Of a DNA stretch of 64,000 bases, positions 39,427 through 49,797 are shown in pieces. A model generated the notes under the pieces. That model searched no databases. It was not told the DNA's origin and was given only the letters and a program-made list of their open reading frames with translations. The stretch spans positions 3,352 to 67,351 of the IMG/VR virus record IMGVR_UViG_3300010160_002125; one strand, 5' to 3'. How positions within the stretch are numbered: the stretch's first letter is position 1; each line of letters starts with the position of its first letter. This DNA comes from a virus. The position numbers and the translations under genes were made by a program.

Positions 39427-42400
39427 ATGGCTAATGATGCAAATATTATAAAGATTAAACGATCAGGTACTAGTGGCGCACCAGCATCGTTAAAACTGGG
39501 TGAGTTAGCCTATAGCTATTTGACTGCTAGCGGTAACCCAACTAGCAATGGTGGCGACAGGTTATTCATCGGTGCTAACGGTGTTAACGGCGGCACGGGT
39601 AATGCCAATGACGTTATTGTTATTGGTGGTAAGTATTTTACAGACCTACTAGATCACGAACGTGGTATACTTACAGCTAGCTCTGCATTAATAGTTGACG
39701 GTAATAAAAAGTTAGACGAACTTCTAGTTGATGATTTATCACTAAACGGTAATACTCTAAGTACTACTAGTGGTGACTTAAATGTAATATTATCAGCTAA
39801 CGGTACTGGTAAGGTACAGATTAATACAGGTGCTAGTAGTTTTACACTACCTGCTTCAAGAACAGGCACAACGGGTTATGTACTCACAGCCAACACAGAT
39901 GGCTCAACAAGCTGGGCGGCAGCGGCAAGCACACTAAGTTTAAAAGCAGGAACACATACAGGTGATACTGGTACTGATGCTACTCTCAACTTATTAACAG
40001 ATGATATAGAATTCCGCGGCGATGCTGGTGCAATCACAACAGCACTATCAAAATCTAGCACACATTATGTAGTAGAAACTAAAGCACGTTTTGCTACTAC
40101 TAGCGTAACTGGTGTTGCAACATTTGATAGTGATACATTTAGTGTTGGTATTATTGGTGATGTTGATGTTAAATCTGGTGGTATTTCAAATACTCAACTG
40201 GCAAACTCAACTACATATCTTGGAAGTACACTTCTAACATTAGGCGATGCTAGCGGAGACAATGACACACTAGCAGGCTTATTAAGCGTAACATTTGATG
40301 GATCTACAAGTGGAACATCAGTATTACAGGCCCAAGCCGTTGCTGGAACAACTACATTCACCCTACCAACAACTACTGGTACATTAGTTGGCACAGGCGA
40401 CTCAGGGTCTGTCACTAACACTATGTTGGCTAACAGTACTATCAGTAATATCAGCTTAGGCGACAATCTAGCAGACTTAACTGTAGGTACTAACTTAAAT
40501 CTAAGCAGTGCAGGTACAACTTACAACGGCGGCACAGCACAAACTATTAACTTAGATTCAGCACTAACTGGTATTACAAGCATTAGTGCAAGTGGTGGAA
40601 CAGGCAACGTTACACTTAACAACGGTACTGACAACTTGGTATTTGATGCTACGGGACAGCTGGTATTACCTAAGTTTACAATACCAAATACAAGCGGTAC
40701 AGCAGGACAAGTATTATCGTGGGTCGGTAACGCTGCCAGTTCAGTACTAGCATGGACCACAGTTAGCACATCATTATCTATCAGTGACGGTACTGCAACA
40801 GATACAGTAGCATTATTAACTGATACCTTAACATTTGCAGGCTCTGGTGCGATTAGCACAGCAGTTACAAATAACCAAGTAGCAATCAGTGTAGCCACAG
40901 CAACTAGTTCAGTGCTTGGTGTTGCTAGTTTTGACTCAACAGACTTTACAGTTACCACTGGTGCTGTTACAGTTAAAGAAGAAAGAATACAAGATATCAT
41001 TGGAGCAATGGTTAGCTCCAACAGTGAAAGTAACATCAGCGTTACCTATGACGATCCAAACGGCAAGTTAGACTTTAGCGTAGCCACTGCAACAAGTTCA
41101 ACACTGGGTGTTGCGTCATTTAACACAGCTAGCTTCACAGTAACAGCTGGTGATGTAACTATCAAGTCAGCTGGTGTTAGTAATGCACAGTTAGCTAATA
41201 GCACTATCTACATTGGTACTACACAAGTTACACTAGGTGATGCTAGTGGTACTACATCTAGCCTAGCAGTTAACATTAGTGGTAAGGCTAGCACAGCAGG
41301 TACAGCAGATCAAGTTGCTAACTCGCTAACATTTAGTGATAGTGGTGGCGTAGCACTAAATGCCACATATAACGGATCAGCCGCAAAGACTATCGACTAC
41401 AGTTCAGTAGGTGCGGCACCAAAAGCTGGTTCGAGTGACATTGTTACTGTTGGCACATTAACAAGCGGTAGTATTGGCGCTGGCTTTACTGCCATTGCCA
41501 ACGCTAGATTGGCCAACAGCAAAGTAACAGTTGGTACAACTGACATTAGCCTAGGTTCAAGTTCAACTACACTTGCAGGGCTAACACAAGTCGATGTTAA
41601 TAATATTCGTGTAACTGGCAATACAATCAGCAGTACTAACACAGATGGTGATATTGTATTTGATCCAAATGGTACTGGTACGATTAATGTTAGCAGTGCT
41701 AGAATTACCAACCTGGCTGATCCAACTAGCGCACAAGACGCGGCAACTAAAGCCTATGTCGATGCTACTCGTTCAGGATTAGATGTTAAAGATTCAGTAC
41801 GTGCGGCAACAACAGGCAATATTACCCTAACTAATACACAAACAGTTGACGGTGTTGCACTGGCAGTTGGTAATCGTGTTCTAGTTAAGAATCAAGATAC
41901 TGCAAGCGAAAACGGTATTTACGTTGTTGCCAGCGGTGCATGGACCAGAGCAACTGATGCAGATAATAGTCCAGCAGGCGAAGTCACTAGCGGCATGTTT
42001 GCATTTGTTGAACAAGGTACAGTTAACGCTGACAGCGGATGGGTATTAACCACAGACGGTGCTATTACACTAGATACAACTGCATTAACATTTGTACAGT
42101 TCAGTGGTGCAGGACAGATTACAGCAGGCGATGGGTTAGCTAAAACTGGTAACACATTATCAGTTAACGTTGCTAACGGTATTGAAATCTCCGGGGATAA
42201 CGTACAGCTAGCAAGTTCAGTAGCAGGTAATGGTTTAACATACACCAGTGGTGTACTTGATGTAGTTGGTACTACTGATAGGATTAGCGTAAGTGCTAAC
42301 GCTATTGACATTAGCACAAACTATGTTGGACAAAACACAATCACTACACTAGGTACTATTGGAACTGGTACTTGGCAGGGCAATGTAGTAACTTACGCTT

Positions 42401-42558
42401 ACGGTGGTACTGGACAATCTACTTATGCTAAAGGTGACTTGTTATACGCAAGTGCCTCAAACACACTGAGCAAACTAACTGCTGGTACTAACGGGCAGAC
42501 GCTACAGTTGCAGGATGGTTTACCAGTTTGGGCTGACTTGGACGGCGGTACATACTAA
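39427..42558 (+). CDS. long tail fibre / fibre-like virion protein
   Basis: IKIKRSG..P..L..GELAY N-terminus, G/T/S-rich repeats, DAATKAYVD, RVLVKNQ..ENGIY, DGGTY end. Confidence 0.85.
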   Translation: MANDANIIKIKRSGTSGAPASLKLGELAYSYLTASGNPTSNGGDRLFIGANGVNGGTGNANDVIVIGGKYFTDLLDHERGILTASSALIVDGNKKLDELLVDDLSLNGNTLSTTSGDLNVILSANGTGKVQINTGASSFTLPASRTGTTGYVLTANTDGSTSWAAAASTLSLKAGTHTGDTGTDATLNLLTDDIEFRGDAGAITTALSKSSTHYVVETKARFATTSVTGVATFDSDTFSVGIIGDVDVKSGGISNTQLANSTTYLGSTLLTLGDASGDNDTLAGLLSVTFDGSTSGTSVLQAQAVAGTTTFTLPTTTGTLVGTGDSGSVTNTMLANSTISNISLGDNLADLTVGTNLNLSSAGTTYNGGTAQTINLDSALTGITSISASGGTGNVTLNNGTDNLVFDATGQLVLPKFTIPNTSGTAGQVLSWVGNAASSVLAWTTVSTSLSISDGTATDTVALLTDTLTFAGSGAISTAVTNNQVAISVATATSSVLGVASFDSTDFTVTTGAVTVKEERIQDIIGAMVSSNSESNISVTYDDPNGKLDFSVATATSSTLGVASFNTASFTVTAGDVTIKSAGVSNAQLANSTIYIGTTQVTLGDASGTTSSLAVNISGKASTAGTADQVANSLTFSDSGGVALNATYNGSAAKTIDYSSVGAAPKAGSSDIVTVGTLTSGSIGAGFTAIANARLANSKVTVGTTDISLGSSSTTLAGLTQVDVNNIRVTGNTISSTNTDGDIVFDPNGTGTINVSSARITNLADPTSAQDAATKAYVDATRSGLDVKDSVRAATTGNITLTNTQTVDGVALAVGNRVLVKNQDTASENGIYVVASGAWTRATDADNSPAGEVTSGMFAFVEQGTVNADSGWVLTTDGAITLDTTALTFVQFSGAGQITAGDGLAKTGNTLSVNVANGIEISGDNVQLASSVAGNGLTYTSGVLDVVGTTDRISVSANAIDISTNYVGQNTITTLGTIGTGTWQGNVVTYAYGGTGQSTYAKGDLLYASASNTLSKLTAGTNGQTLQLQDGLPVWADLDGGTY

Positions 42559-43271
42559 TGACGGGACTAGTAATAAACGCAGGCGTAACTATAAACGCCG
42601 GAGTAACCTTGAACGGGTTTGCATCTGGCGGTGGTCCAGTAACACTAACGTCTGGAACTAGTCTTGGATTCGATGGCACCGGAAGTTTTGTTCAAGTAAC
42701 CGGTACGACTACAGATTGGATTCTAGTGGATGATTGGTGCATTGAATGGTGGGAAAAACTTCCAGATGCCGGCAATAATGCGTACCGCGGAGTTATAGCA
42801 CAAAGTGTTTTTAGTGGTTTAGATATATGGCACAATGCTGGTTTTATAAATGTAAGTAATGCACAAATACAATTTTATCAACCAACACCAGGCGCATGGC
42901 ATCATGTGGCTGTACAAAAAGACGGATCTACCGTTACGGCCTATATCGATGGAGTTTCCCAGACATTAACACGTAATGATGGTGGTAGTAGCACATTTAC
43001 TAATAGTTCACAAAATATAATTATTGGTGATAGAACATTTGACGGTACTAGCCCAATTAGCCAAAATTTTGTTGGGCAACTTGCCAACATTAGAATTAGT
43101 AAAATACACCGTTACTCAGCAACATTCACTCCACCGACCACAGTAGTAACAGATTCTAACACTGTATTAGCACTAGATAGCTCTGTAGGATCAAGTGGTA
43201 TGCTAGACGATGTAAGTCCAAGCAATCATACCATTGCCAATATCGGCGTTGCATTAACAACAATAACCTAA
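42558..43271 (+). CDS. LamG/concanavalin-like virion protein
   Basis: IEWW, WHHVAV, YIDG, IRIS...RY..FTPP. Confidence 0.8.
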   Translation: MTGLVINAGVTINAGVTLNGFASGGGPVTLTSGTSLGFDGTGSFVQVTGTTTDWILVDDWCIEWWEKLPDAGNNAYRGVIAQSVFSGLDIWHNAGFINVSNAQIQFYQPTPGAWHHVAVQKDGSTVTAYIDGVSQTLTRNDGGSSTFTNSSQNIIIGDRTFDGTSPISQNFVGQLANIRISKIHRYSATFTPPTTVVTDSNTVLALDSSVGSSGMLDDVSPSNHTIANIGVALTTIT

Positions 43272-43354
43272 TCCCTTTAAAACAATAAATACAGTGAGAG
43301 TATATACTCTTGTAATAAAACCTCGCTATATAGCGGATTATAAAGGGATGCCAC

Positions 43355-44296
43355 ATGGCTACAGCGGCAAATGTCGTTAAACTCAAACGAAGTGCAGTTG
43401 CGGGCAGAGTACCAGCAACTACAGACTTAGCACTAGGTGAAATAGCCTTAAACACCTATGACGGCAGAGTATACCTTAAGAAATCCGTTTCATCAGTAGA
43501 AAGTATAGTAACTCTGCAAGCGTTCCCTGCGGGCGGAACTAACGGACAAATTTTAACCATTGATAACAATGGAAACTTAATATGGTCAACTAGTAATTAC
43601 GTAACATCAACTAGTTTAACTAGTACCCTAAGTTCATATGTAACAAATGCAAGCCTAGGTTCAACATTAAGTAGTTACAATTACATAACTCTTACATCGT
43701 TGAGCATGGATACTCCTGGCGCCGCCAGTGGTAATGGTAGTGTAGCATACGATAATGCAACAGGTAAGTTTAAGTATACACCTCCCAATTTAAGCAGTTT
43801 TATCACAGCCAGTGTAGCCACTTTAAGCAGTTTAACATCAATTGGCTCAACAGGGGTAGATACTACAGCCAAAGGCAATTTAATAGTTAATGGGAACTTA
43901 AGAGTTGACGGTAACACAACAACGCCCGGAGACATTTTGGTTAATAATATCAGTGTAGCTGAAAGTCTAACCAAGGCTGTTTTTTTGTATCAAGACGGAG
44001 ATTTAACAATCTACACAGGAACTGTAAGATGGTATGCAAGTCAACCGGTTACTGTAACCAAAATTATAGCAAGATTAGCACGAGCAAGTGATATTGGGGT
44101 TACTTTACAAGTTCGCAAAAATGGAACAGTGGTTAAGACTATCAATATAGACGGAAACTCGCTAAAAACCACTATATCAACTGGATTATTTAATATGGCA
44201 GTAGACGATTATCTCACTGTAGATACTACTGCCATTGGCAATGCCAACAACACCGGATCAGGATTAAGTGTACAATTCAGCTATTACTATAGCTAA
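43355..44296 (+). CDS. tail-fibre-like protein
   Basis: LKRSAVAGRVP...GEIALNTYDG N-terminal fibre module. Confidence 0.75.
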   Translation: MATAANVVKLKRSAVAGRVPATTDLALGEIALNTYDGRVYLKKSVSSVESIVTLQAFPAGGTNGQILTIDNNGNLIWSTSNYVTSTSLTSTLSSYVTNASLGSTLSSYNYITLTSLSMDTPGAASGNGSVAYDNATGKFKYTPPNLSSFITASVATLSSLTSIGSTGVDTTAKGNLIVNGNLRVDGNTTTPGDILVNNISVAESLTKAVFLYQDGDLTIYTGTVRWYASQPVTVTKIIARLARASDIGVTLQVRKNGTVVKTINIDGNSLKTTISTGLFNMAVDDYLTVDTTAIGNANNTGSGLSVQFSYYYS

Positions 44297-44335
44297 ATAT
44301 GTAAGCAATAAATATTCAATATTTAAGGAACGAAC

Positions 44336-44740
44336 ATGTCAGTATTATTCACACAACGAGGGGAAAAAATAGCTCTTCAAAATCTAGTAAATCAGTCAGC
44401 ACCTCAAACATTAATTTTGAGACTGTATTCAAATAATAAAACTCCTACAGAAACGGACGTTGCCAACGACTATACTGAAGTAGTTGGATATGGATATACT
44501 AGCACTACGCTAACTCCCAATAACTTTACGTTCGTAGAAGCTATACCAACTACTGCAACATATCCCACCATTACCTATACATTTACAGGAGCTGTAGGAT
44601 ACATTTATGGATATTTTGTTACACAAGCAAGTTCAGGAAATTTGATATTTGCTAATAGATTTACCAATGCTCCAATTCAGATTGCCAATGATGGTGACCA
44701 AATTCGCGTTACACTGACCATACAATTACAGAACGCTTAA
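44336..44740 (+). CDS. putative virion structural protein
   Basis: beta-rich; late motif upstream. Confidence 0.6.
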   Translation: MSVLFTQRGEKIALQNLVNQSAPQTLILRLYSNNKTPTETDVANDYTEVVGYGYTSTTLTPNNFTFVEAIPTTATYPTITYTFTGAVGYIYGYFVTQASSGNLIFANRFTNAPIQIANDGDQIRVTLTIQLQNA

Positions 44741-44744
44741 TAAC

Positions 44745-45110
44745 ATGACACAAGTATCTTCCATACTGCGGGTTGATAGGGTTAGAGAAACATGTACGGC
44801 AAGTTCGCCTGGTACATATACTCTAACTGGGGCTACCCTTGGTTATGGAACATTTAGTGCAAACGTACCTGATGGTAGTATCATAGAATACGGTGTAACT
44901 CAAACAGCTGGAGCTAGTTGGGAAAACGGTGAAGGCGTTTATCATTCAGCTACTAATACAGTCACTGTCACTACTGTTACCAGTAGTTCAAATGCAGGTA
45001 GTCCTATTACATGGACTGGACAAAGCATAACAATTTTTGTGTCATTAAATGCTGCCAGCGTGACAGAACTTCAAAATATTTCGTTGGTATATAGTATTAT
45101 TCTTGGATAA
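44745..45110 (+). CDS. putative virion structural protein
   Basis: DRVRET..G..TL.GA..G, WE.G.G.Y, SSN pattern. Confidence 0.65.
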   Translation: MTQVSSILRVDRVRETCTASSPGTYTLTGATLGYGTFSANVPDGSIIEYGVTQTAGASWENGEGVYHSATNTVTVTTVTSSSNAGSPITWTGQSITIFVSLNAASVTELQNISLVYSIILG

Positions 45111-45113
45111 GAT

Positions 45114-45650
45114 ATGATATTAGGAACAGAAGCCATTGGCGTACTTAATATTGGATCGGATCAAGACACCGTTTATGGTCCTGCAAGCTACGACTTTGAC
45201 GAGAAGGGCAATCTTAAAATCAGTGTTGCTTCAGTATACAACAATGTATATAATGAAACAACTGAATACAACCAAGTAACCAGTGCTAATTTAAAAATAA
45301 GCGGTCAATCACAGTGGGGCTTTATCTACACCCAAGAAAGCCTACCAAAATTCACAATTTCTGGTACAGGTATTGTTGGTTTCGTATACAACAGGGTCGA
45401 CACTGCATCACTAAACATATATGCAGATTCTGGGTATACAGCCCTGTATAATGATTTCCAACCTACTAGTTTAAAATTATCAGCGCAGAGTTTAATGAAT
45501 GGTTATACATTCAATGTGCAAGAGTATGATCAACAACCAGTTAAATTAAAAATATCAGGCACAAGTGTAGATTTCTATCTAAGCGTAGCAGATAGAGGAA
45601 CAGGTACAGGTACAGGTACTTTGGGTCCTGTACAAATTTGGATAGGGTAA
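45114..45650 (+). CDS. putative structural protein with LKIS repeats
   Basis: repeated LKIS(G)-like units. Confidence 0.6.
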   Translation: MILGTEAIGVLNIGSDQDTVYGPASYDFDEKGNLKISVASVYNNVYNETTEYNQVTSANLKISGQSQWGFIYTQESLPKFTISGTGIVGFVYNRVDTASLNIYADSGYTALYNDFQPTSLKLSAQSLMNGYTFNVQEYDQQPVKLKISGTSVDFYLSVADRGTGTGTGTLGPVQIWIG

Positions 45651-45686
45651 TTGATACAGTTGTATACTCACTAATAATAGAATAAA

Positions 45687-46322
45687 ATGTTATCAATAAG
45701 TGATAATAAGTTTGATGCAAACGGTTATTGGGACAAGCCAATAGAAAAACTGCTTTACCAACCCACAATAGAAGACCTTGATCTATTTGATCAAAACGGT
45801 TACGATCTAACACAGCTGGAACAACACTTTGCCTACGGCAATAGAACTAAACCTAAAAAGCACAGAGATCATTTGCGAGCCCTTAAACAGGATTGGTTTA
45901 CGCATCTACCAAGAACAGAAGGCGCACATCTTAATCACAGTCTCTTATTTGAGCGCAAGGGCTATACAGGGGCGGCACTAGAAGAACTTGAGTTCTGGGC
46001 TCGTACACTTCCCCTAATCAATAAGGTCATAGCCTTACGTCCCAAGTGGGGATTAGACTTTTCTATGGACTATGCTGATCGTGAGGGTAATGCTTTTGAA
46101 GTCTTACACTGGGAATGGGACAGCTTTGTCTACGAAGAAACTGAGTGTATTCGTAAACTTGTAGAACCTGTACTAGCACAAATAGACTGGCACGATGCGG
46201 CACAGAATATCCTAGCTAAGAAAGATCAGTGGCATCACTTAGATTTCTTTGCACAGAGCCGTTGGAAGTGCCGTTACTTTGGCATTCCAGAGGAGCGATT
46301 TAAAATGGTTTCTTGGCAATAA
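45687..46322 (+). CDS. hypothetical phage protein
   Basis: 211 aa, FDQNGYDLT, PKWGLDFSMDY. Confidence 0.8.
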   Translation: MLSISDNKFDANGYWDKPIEKLLYQPTIEDLDLFDQNGYDLTQLEQHFAYGNRTKPKKHRDHLRALKQDWFTHLPRTEGAHLNHSLLFERKGYTGAALEELEFWARTLPLINKVIALRPKWGLDFSMDYADREGNAFEVLHWEWDSFVYEETECIRKLVEPVLAQIDWHDAAQNILAKKDQWHHLDFFAQSRWKCRYFGIPEERFKMVSWQ

Positions 46323-46349
46323 ATAGTAGTACTTAAAAGAGGTACTACA

Positions 46350-47168
46350 ATGAAAAGATTATTAGCCTTAGTTCTGCTATTAACAGCAGGACTAGCACAA
46401 GCCTGGGAGCAACGAGCTCCACTACCGCCACAAGCCTGCGCCGTTCACAGCCCATACGGCTTTGCACAAACACAGCGTCCTGCGGCTCCTATTTGCCGTG
46501 AAGCATATCTAGTAGCGTATGATGCTCCTGTAAAGATTCCAGTGTACGTAGCATACACACTACTACCACAGAACGCCTTAGGTTGCTTTCCCCGTACTAA
46601 CGCTTTTGTTGCTGACCAAAGCCTAGGTGGTACAGGCGCTCGTCCAGATGATTATGCTGGCACAGGTTACGACAAAGGTCATGCGGCACCAGACGGAGAC
46701 CTTAGCTGGTCAGCTATTGTGGAGTATGAAAGTTTTTTAATGACAAACATGTATCCACAACACGGTTCTTTAAACAGGGGAATATGGAAGTTGTTAGAGA
46801 CATCAGTCCGCGGGTGGGCCGTGCAACTGAACCAACCCTTTACTATATACGTTGGCGCATTGTATGGCGCTGGTGATGGCGTTATCGGTAATGGAGTTAT
46901 TGTTCCACATGGTTACTACAAGATTGTAATCAACAATCAAACTAAGCAGATTGCTGGTTGGGTATTTCCACATACTAAGCCATATGTTAATCTTGGTAAT
47001 GACTTAACTGTGTTCCGTAAGCCTGTTGCTGACATTATGAAAGTTGCTGGTGTGCAATACAAGTTCCCACAAGGCGCTATAGAACTAGCACCTGGACAAG
47101 AATGGCCAGTTAACTACGGTGATCTAACCAAAGCCAAACGTGCCAAGTGTGGCGCCAACGCTGAATAA
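46350..47168 (+). CDS. secreted DNA/RNA non-specific endonuclease (NucA-like)
   Basis: signal peptide, YDKGH, NMYPQ..LNRG.W, VP..YYKIV. Confidence 0.92.
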   Translation: MKRLLALVLLLTAGLAQAWEQRAPLPPQACAVHSPYGFAQTQRPAAPICREAYLVAYDAPVKIPVYVAYTLLPQNALGCFPRTNAFVADQSLGGTGARPDDYAGTGYDKGHAAPDGDLSWSAIVEYESFLMTNMYPQHGSLNRGIWKLLETSVRGWAVQLNQPFTIYVGALYGAGDGVIGNGVIVPHGYYKIVINNQTKQIAGWVFPHTKPYVNLGNDLTVFRKPVADIMKVAGVQYKFPQGAIELAPGQEWPVNYGDLTKAKRAKCGANAE

Positions 47169-47169
47169 G

Positions 47170-47478
47170 TTATTGTGAACAGGTACGTGTTCTAGTAATA
47201 GAACCGTCCGAATGTTGTGTTTCAGTCCACGGTGTACACGTTTGATTCTGCCCATATACCGGAGACGAGTATATGATATTAGGCGGTTGTTGAACAACTA
47301 CTGTGGGCTGATTTGTACGAGCTAACTCATATCCAATGATAGCTCCACCGACTACAATGGGAACTGACCAACCCCATCCGTATCCTGGATGATGATTGAA
47401 CCCGCCTCGATGTCCGTGATGTTGTGCCATTGCACTGGCGCTTAGAGTTAATAATACTACAGCTAATAATCTTTTCAT
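47170..47478 (-). CDS. small secreted/membrane protein
   Basis: signal peptide, His/Gly-rich segment, C-terminal Cys pair. Confidence 0.75.
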   Translation of the reverse strand: MKRLLAVVLLTLSASAMAQHHGHRGGFNHHPGYGWGWSVPIVVGGAIIGYELARTNQPTVVVQQPPNIIYSSPVYGQNQTCTPWTETQHSDGSITRTRTCSQ

Positions 47479-47710
47479 AGCAGTCTCCTAATATAATATT
47501 TAATAAAAAAGCCCATAGCACTTTTATGCTTGGGCTTTTCTATATGCTTCCATTGCTAGTTCCCTAGCCTTTGCCAATCTAGCCATAACATAGTCACTTA
47601 ATGGTTCATCATCTTCGTGTACTATTCTTCCAAAGTTTTCAGCTCGTCTATTACGACCAAATGTGACCTCATCGTCTATTATGAGGTCATCGTTGTCATC
47701 TAAACTACGA

Positions 47711-47920
47711 TTACTTAGCGGCTGGTGCTGGGGTAGCGGCCTTTGCGTCTTTCTTTGCAGGCTCACTTTTGGTAGGCTTCTTTTCGTCCTTCTTAACTTC
47801 GGCTTTTGCAGGGGCACTTGCTGTTGCGGCTGCTGGTGCAGGAGTTGCTGGCTTAGCTGGCTCAGCGGCGAATACAGTTGCGGCAAACATTGTTGCGATT
47901 AGAGTTGCGATCAATTTCAT
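47711..47920 (-). CDS. secreted Ala/Lys/Pro-rich low-complexity protein
   Basis: signal peptide MKLIATLIATMFAATVFA, AAAGGA RBS. Confidence 0.8.
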   Translation of the reverse strand: MKLIATLIATMFAATVFAAEPAKPATPAPAAATASAPAKAEVKKDEKKPTKSEPAKKDAKAATPAPAAK

Positions 47921-48005
47921 GATATTTCCTTTTTGGTTAAGTAGGAATTTCTACCCCTACATATATATATAACGCGGTAGCCCATAAATAAGTTTACACA
48001 TAGCC

Positions 48006-48037
48006 AAAGAAAAAGCACCCGAAGGTGCTTTTCTTTT
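48006..48037. terminator. intrinsic terminator (bidirectional-type)
   Basis: AAAAAGCACC-CGAA-GGTGCTTTT hairpin flanked by A and T runs. Confidence 0.85.
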
Positions 48038-48070
48038 ATAGTAAGGCTATGCCCGTATTGTTATTTTATA

Positions 48071-48337
48071 TTATTTCTTTGTGCTTTGATTAACAAAGCC
48101 GTACATTTTCTCAGCGGCTTCTAGAACCTTGTCGATTCCTGGAAACTCTGGCATACCAACTGTGGTAACCAACTTGCCTGTCTTTTCATCTTTGGCAGTT
48201 GACATTTCCCAACCTTGGAACTTGTAGCTGTACTCAGCTTGGACAGCATCTTTAGCTAATGCTAGGATGTCTGCACGGATTTCGTATCCGTTTTTATTGA
48301 ACTTAACTTCTGGTAGTTTTGGTGTTTCGAATGACAT
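48071..48337 (-). CDS. hypothetical phage protein
   Basis: NGYEIRADIL...AEKMYGFV; AGGAG RBS. Confidence 0.8.
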   Translation of the reverse strand: MSFETPKLPEVKFNKNGYEIRADILALAKDAVQAEYSYKFQGWEMSTAKDEKTGKLVTTVGMPEFPGIDKVLEAAEKMYGFVNQSTKK

Positions 48338-48426
48338 AATAATCTCCTGTGTGTAATGTCTGTATTAACATAGATACTTCTTTTTCTCTATGTTACTATT
48401 ATATATGCTTTTACGAATAAAAGCAA

Positions 48427-49002
48427 CTACTTTCCGAACTTTTTTACTCGTTCTTTAATGATTTTAATCACTGGCTCAGCTAGAACAACTTCATAGTGAT
48501 TGTAATCCACTTCTACTAGTTCCATATCCTCATGATGCTTCTGACTGGCAATGGTTACCACGCCGTCATTGGGCTCATGCATAAAAGGACTTTGTCCTTT
48601 CACTGTCACAATGTTGGTCCACGGATGCTGTATTTTAATCTTACTGGCCTGTTTCATAACCCACGAACTGGGCCCAATATCACGCATCAATCTACTAAAC
48701 GGTAAGAAGTATTGAGCATAGTCGGCTACTTCAGCACCACCATATGGAGTGCTCAATGTTACAGCACCCTTAACACTCATGGGCATTGAGTTGGCTAGAT
48801 GCAGACTGTAAATGCCGCCTAGACTATGAGCAATAAACACTATATCAGTGTGGCTACTCAAAGTTGTCTGCATGTCTTTTAGGTTATTTTCAAAACCGTT
48901 TCGACTGTCGTAGTTAAGGTCCAGCCCACCGCCCAGTTTACTTTTAATATAGTTGAAGCTTTCGCTAGTGGCATTAGCCCCGTGAATGTACACCAAGTTC
49001 AT
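48427..49002 (-). CDS. alpha/beta hydrolase
   Basis: IHG, AHSLGG nucleophile elbow, NDGVV, NH. Confidence 0.88.
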   Translation of the reverse strand: MNLVYIHGANATSESFNYIKSKLGGGLDLNYDSRNGFENNLKDMQTTLSSHTDIVFIAHSLGGIYSLHLANSMPMSVKGAVTLSTPYGGAEVADYAQYFLPFSRLMRDIGPSSWVMKQASKIKIQHPWTNIVTVKGQSPFMHEPNDGVVTIASQKHHEDMELVEVDYNHYEVVLAEPVIKIIKERVKKFGK

Positions 49003-49013
49003 GCCAATATTTA

Positions 49014-49133
49014 TTAAGATCCGTAGACAGCTTTAGCTTCAGTGATTCTGCCTTGACGAACAAGACTAGCCGCATAACGTGCTTGTCCAAATGCTTCTAA
49101 AAATGACCAGATTGAGTTTAAGACGGTTTTCAT
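49014..49133 (-). CDS. small hypothetical protein (not in ORF track)
   Basis: 39 aa, MKTVLNSIWSFLEAFGQARYAA...; ATGA-coupled, AAGGA RBS. Confidence 0.6.
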   Translation of the reverse strand: MKTVLNSIWSFLEAFGQARYAASLVRQGRITEAKAVYGS

Positions 49134-49306
49134 AGATATTGTTCCTTTTTGTAGTTAAACTGACGGATATAGTTTTCCAACTGTGCGGCATCGGTAATGC
49201 CTTTGGTGCTCAGATATGCATCTAAGCGGCTTTGGTAACTGCTACCTGGAAACATTTCGGTTAAACGTTCTAGTATAGACAGCATCTTGTTTGATAAGTA
49301 TTTCAT
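49130..49306 (-). CDS. DUF3563-like small protein
   Basis: RLDAYLS...TDAAQLE..IR. Confidence 0.6.
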   Translation of the reverse strand: MKYLSNKMLSILERLTEMFPGSSYQSRLDAYLSTKGITDAAQLENYIRQFNYKKEQYL

Positions 49307-49392
49307 TTTGTGTATCCTCTGTATGTGTGTAGTCACTCATGGTTTCTACTGAGTATTTAGTATACTATTGATTACAATAAGATGCAACTGAT

Positions 49393-49421
49393 TTGACTTT
49401 TGCCAAACAGTATTGTATAAT
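49393..49421 (+). promoter_or_regulatory. sigma70-like promoter TTGACT-N17-TATAAT
   Basis: near-consensus, upstream of 49458. Confidence 0.7.
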
Positions 49422-49457
49422 AGACTTAGGGTAAATAATACTACAGGAAACACTAAT

Positions 49458-49727
49458 ATGAAAAGAAGAACACGTTCGATCCTAGAGGAACTCAATAGTT
49501 TAGGCAACAGCCGAAACACTGAGCTACTGATAGAAAACCGTGGTGCCAATATCATAGAGAGCGCAATCAATCTTATGGCTTTGATTAAACAGCAGTTTAA
49601 CGAAGAAGAAGCCGCTGAACTAGAGCGCCGTTTCCTAAATGCTATTCGTACGGGCGATGCACGTAAGTTTAAGCGTGGCGTACATAAAGTACAAGAAAGC
49701 CGCAAAACTCCCCCAGTAGAAGAATAA
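49458..49727 (+). CDS. hypothetical phage protein
   Basis: start MKRRTRSILEELN. Confidence 0.75.
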   Translation: MKRRTRSILEELNSLGNSRNTELLIENRGANIIESAINLMALIKQQFNEEEAAELERRFLNAIRTGDARKFKRGVHKVQESRKTPPVEE

Positions 49728-49797
49728 AATAGTCATTTGACTAAATAATATTACAAGATCCGCAGAGTGCGGGTTAAGCCTAAAGAGGAAAAATATT

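Noticed and set aside
39654-42317. Multiple minus-strand ORFs inside the long fibre gene (and similar ones elsewhere)
   Set aside because: Antisense shadows of codon-biased real genes; low-complexity V/P/L/S translations with no RBS
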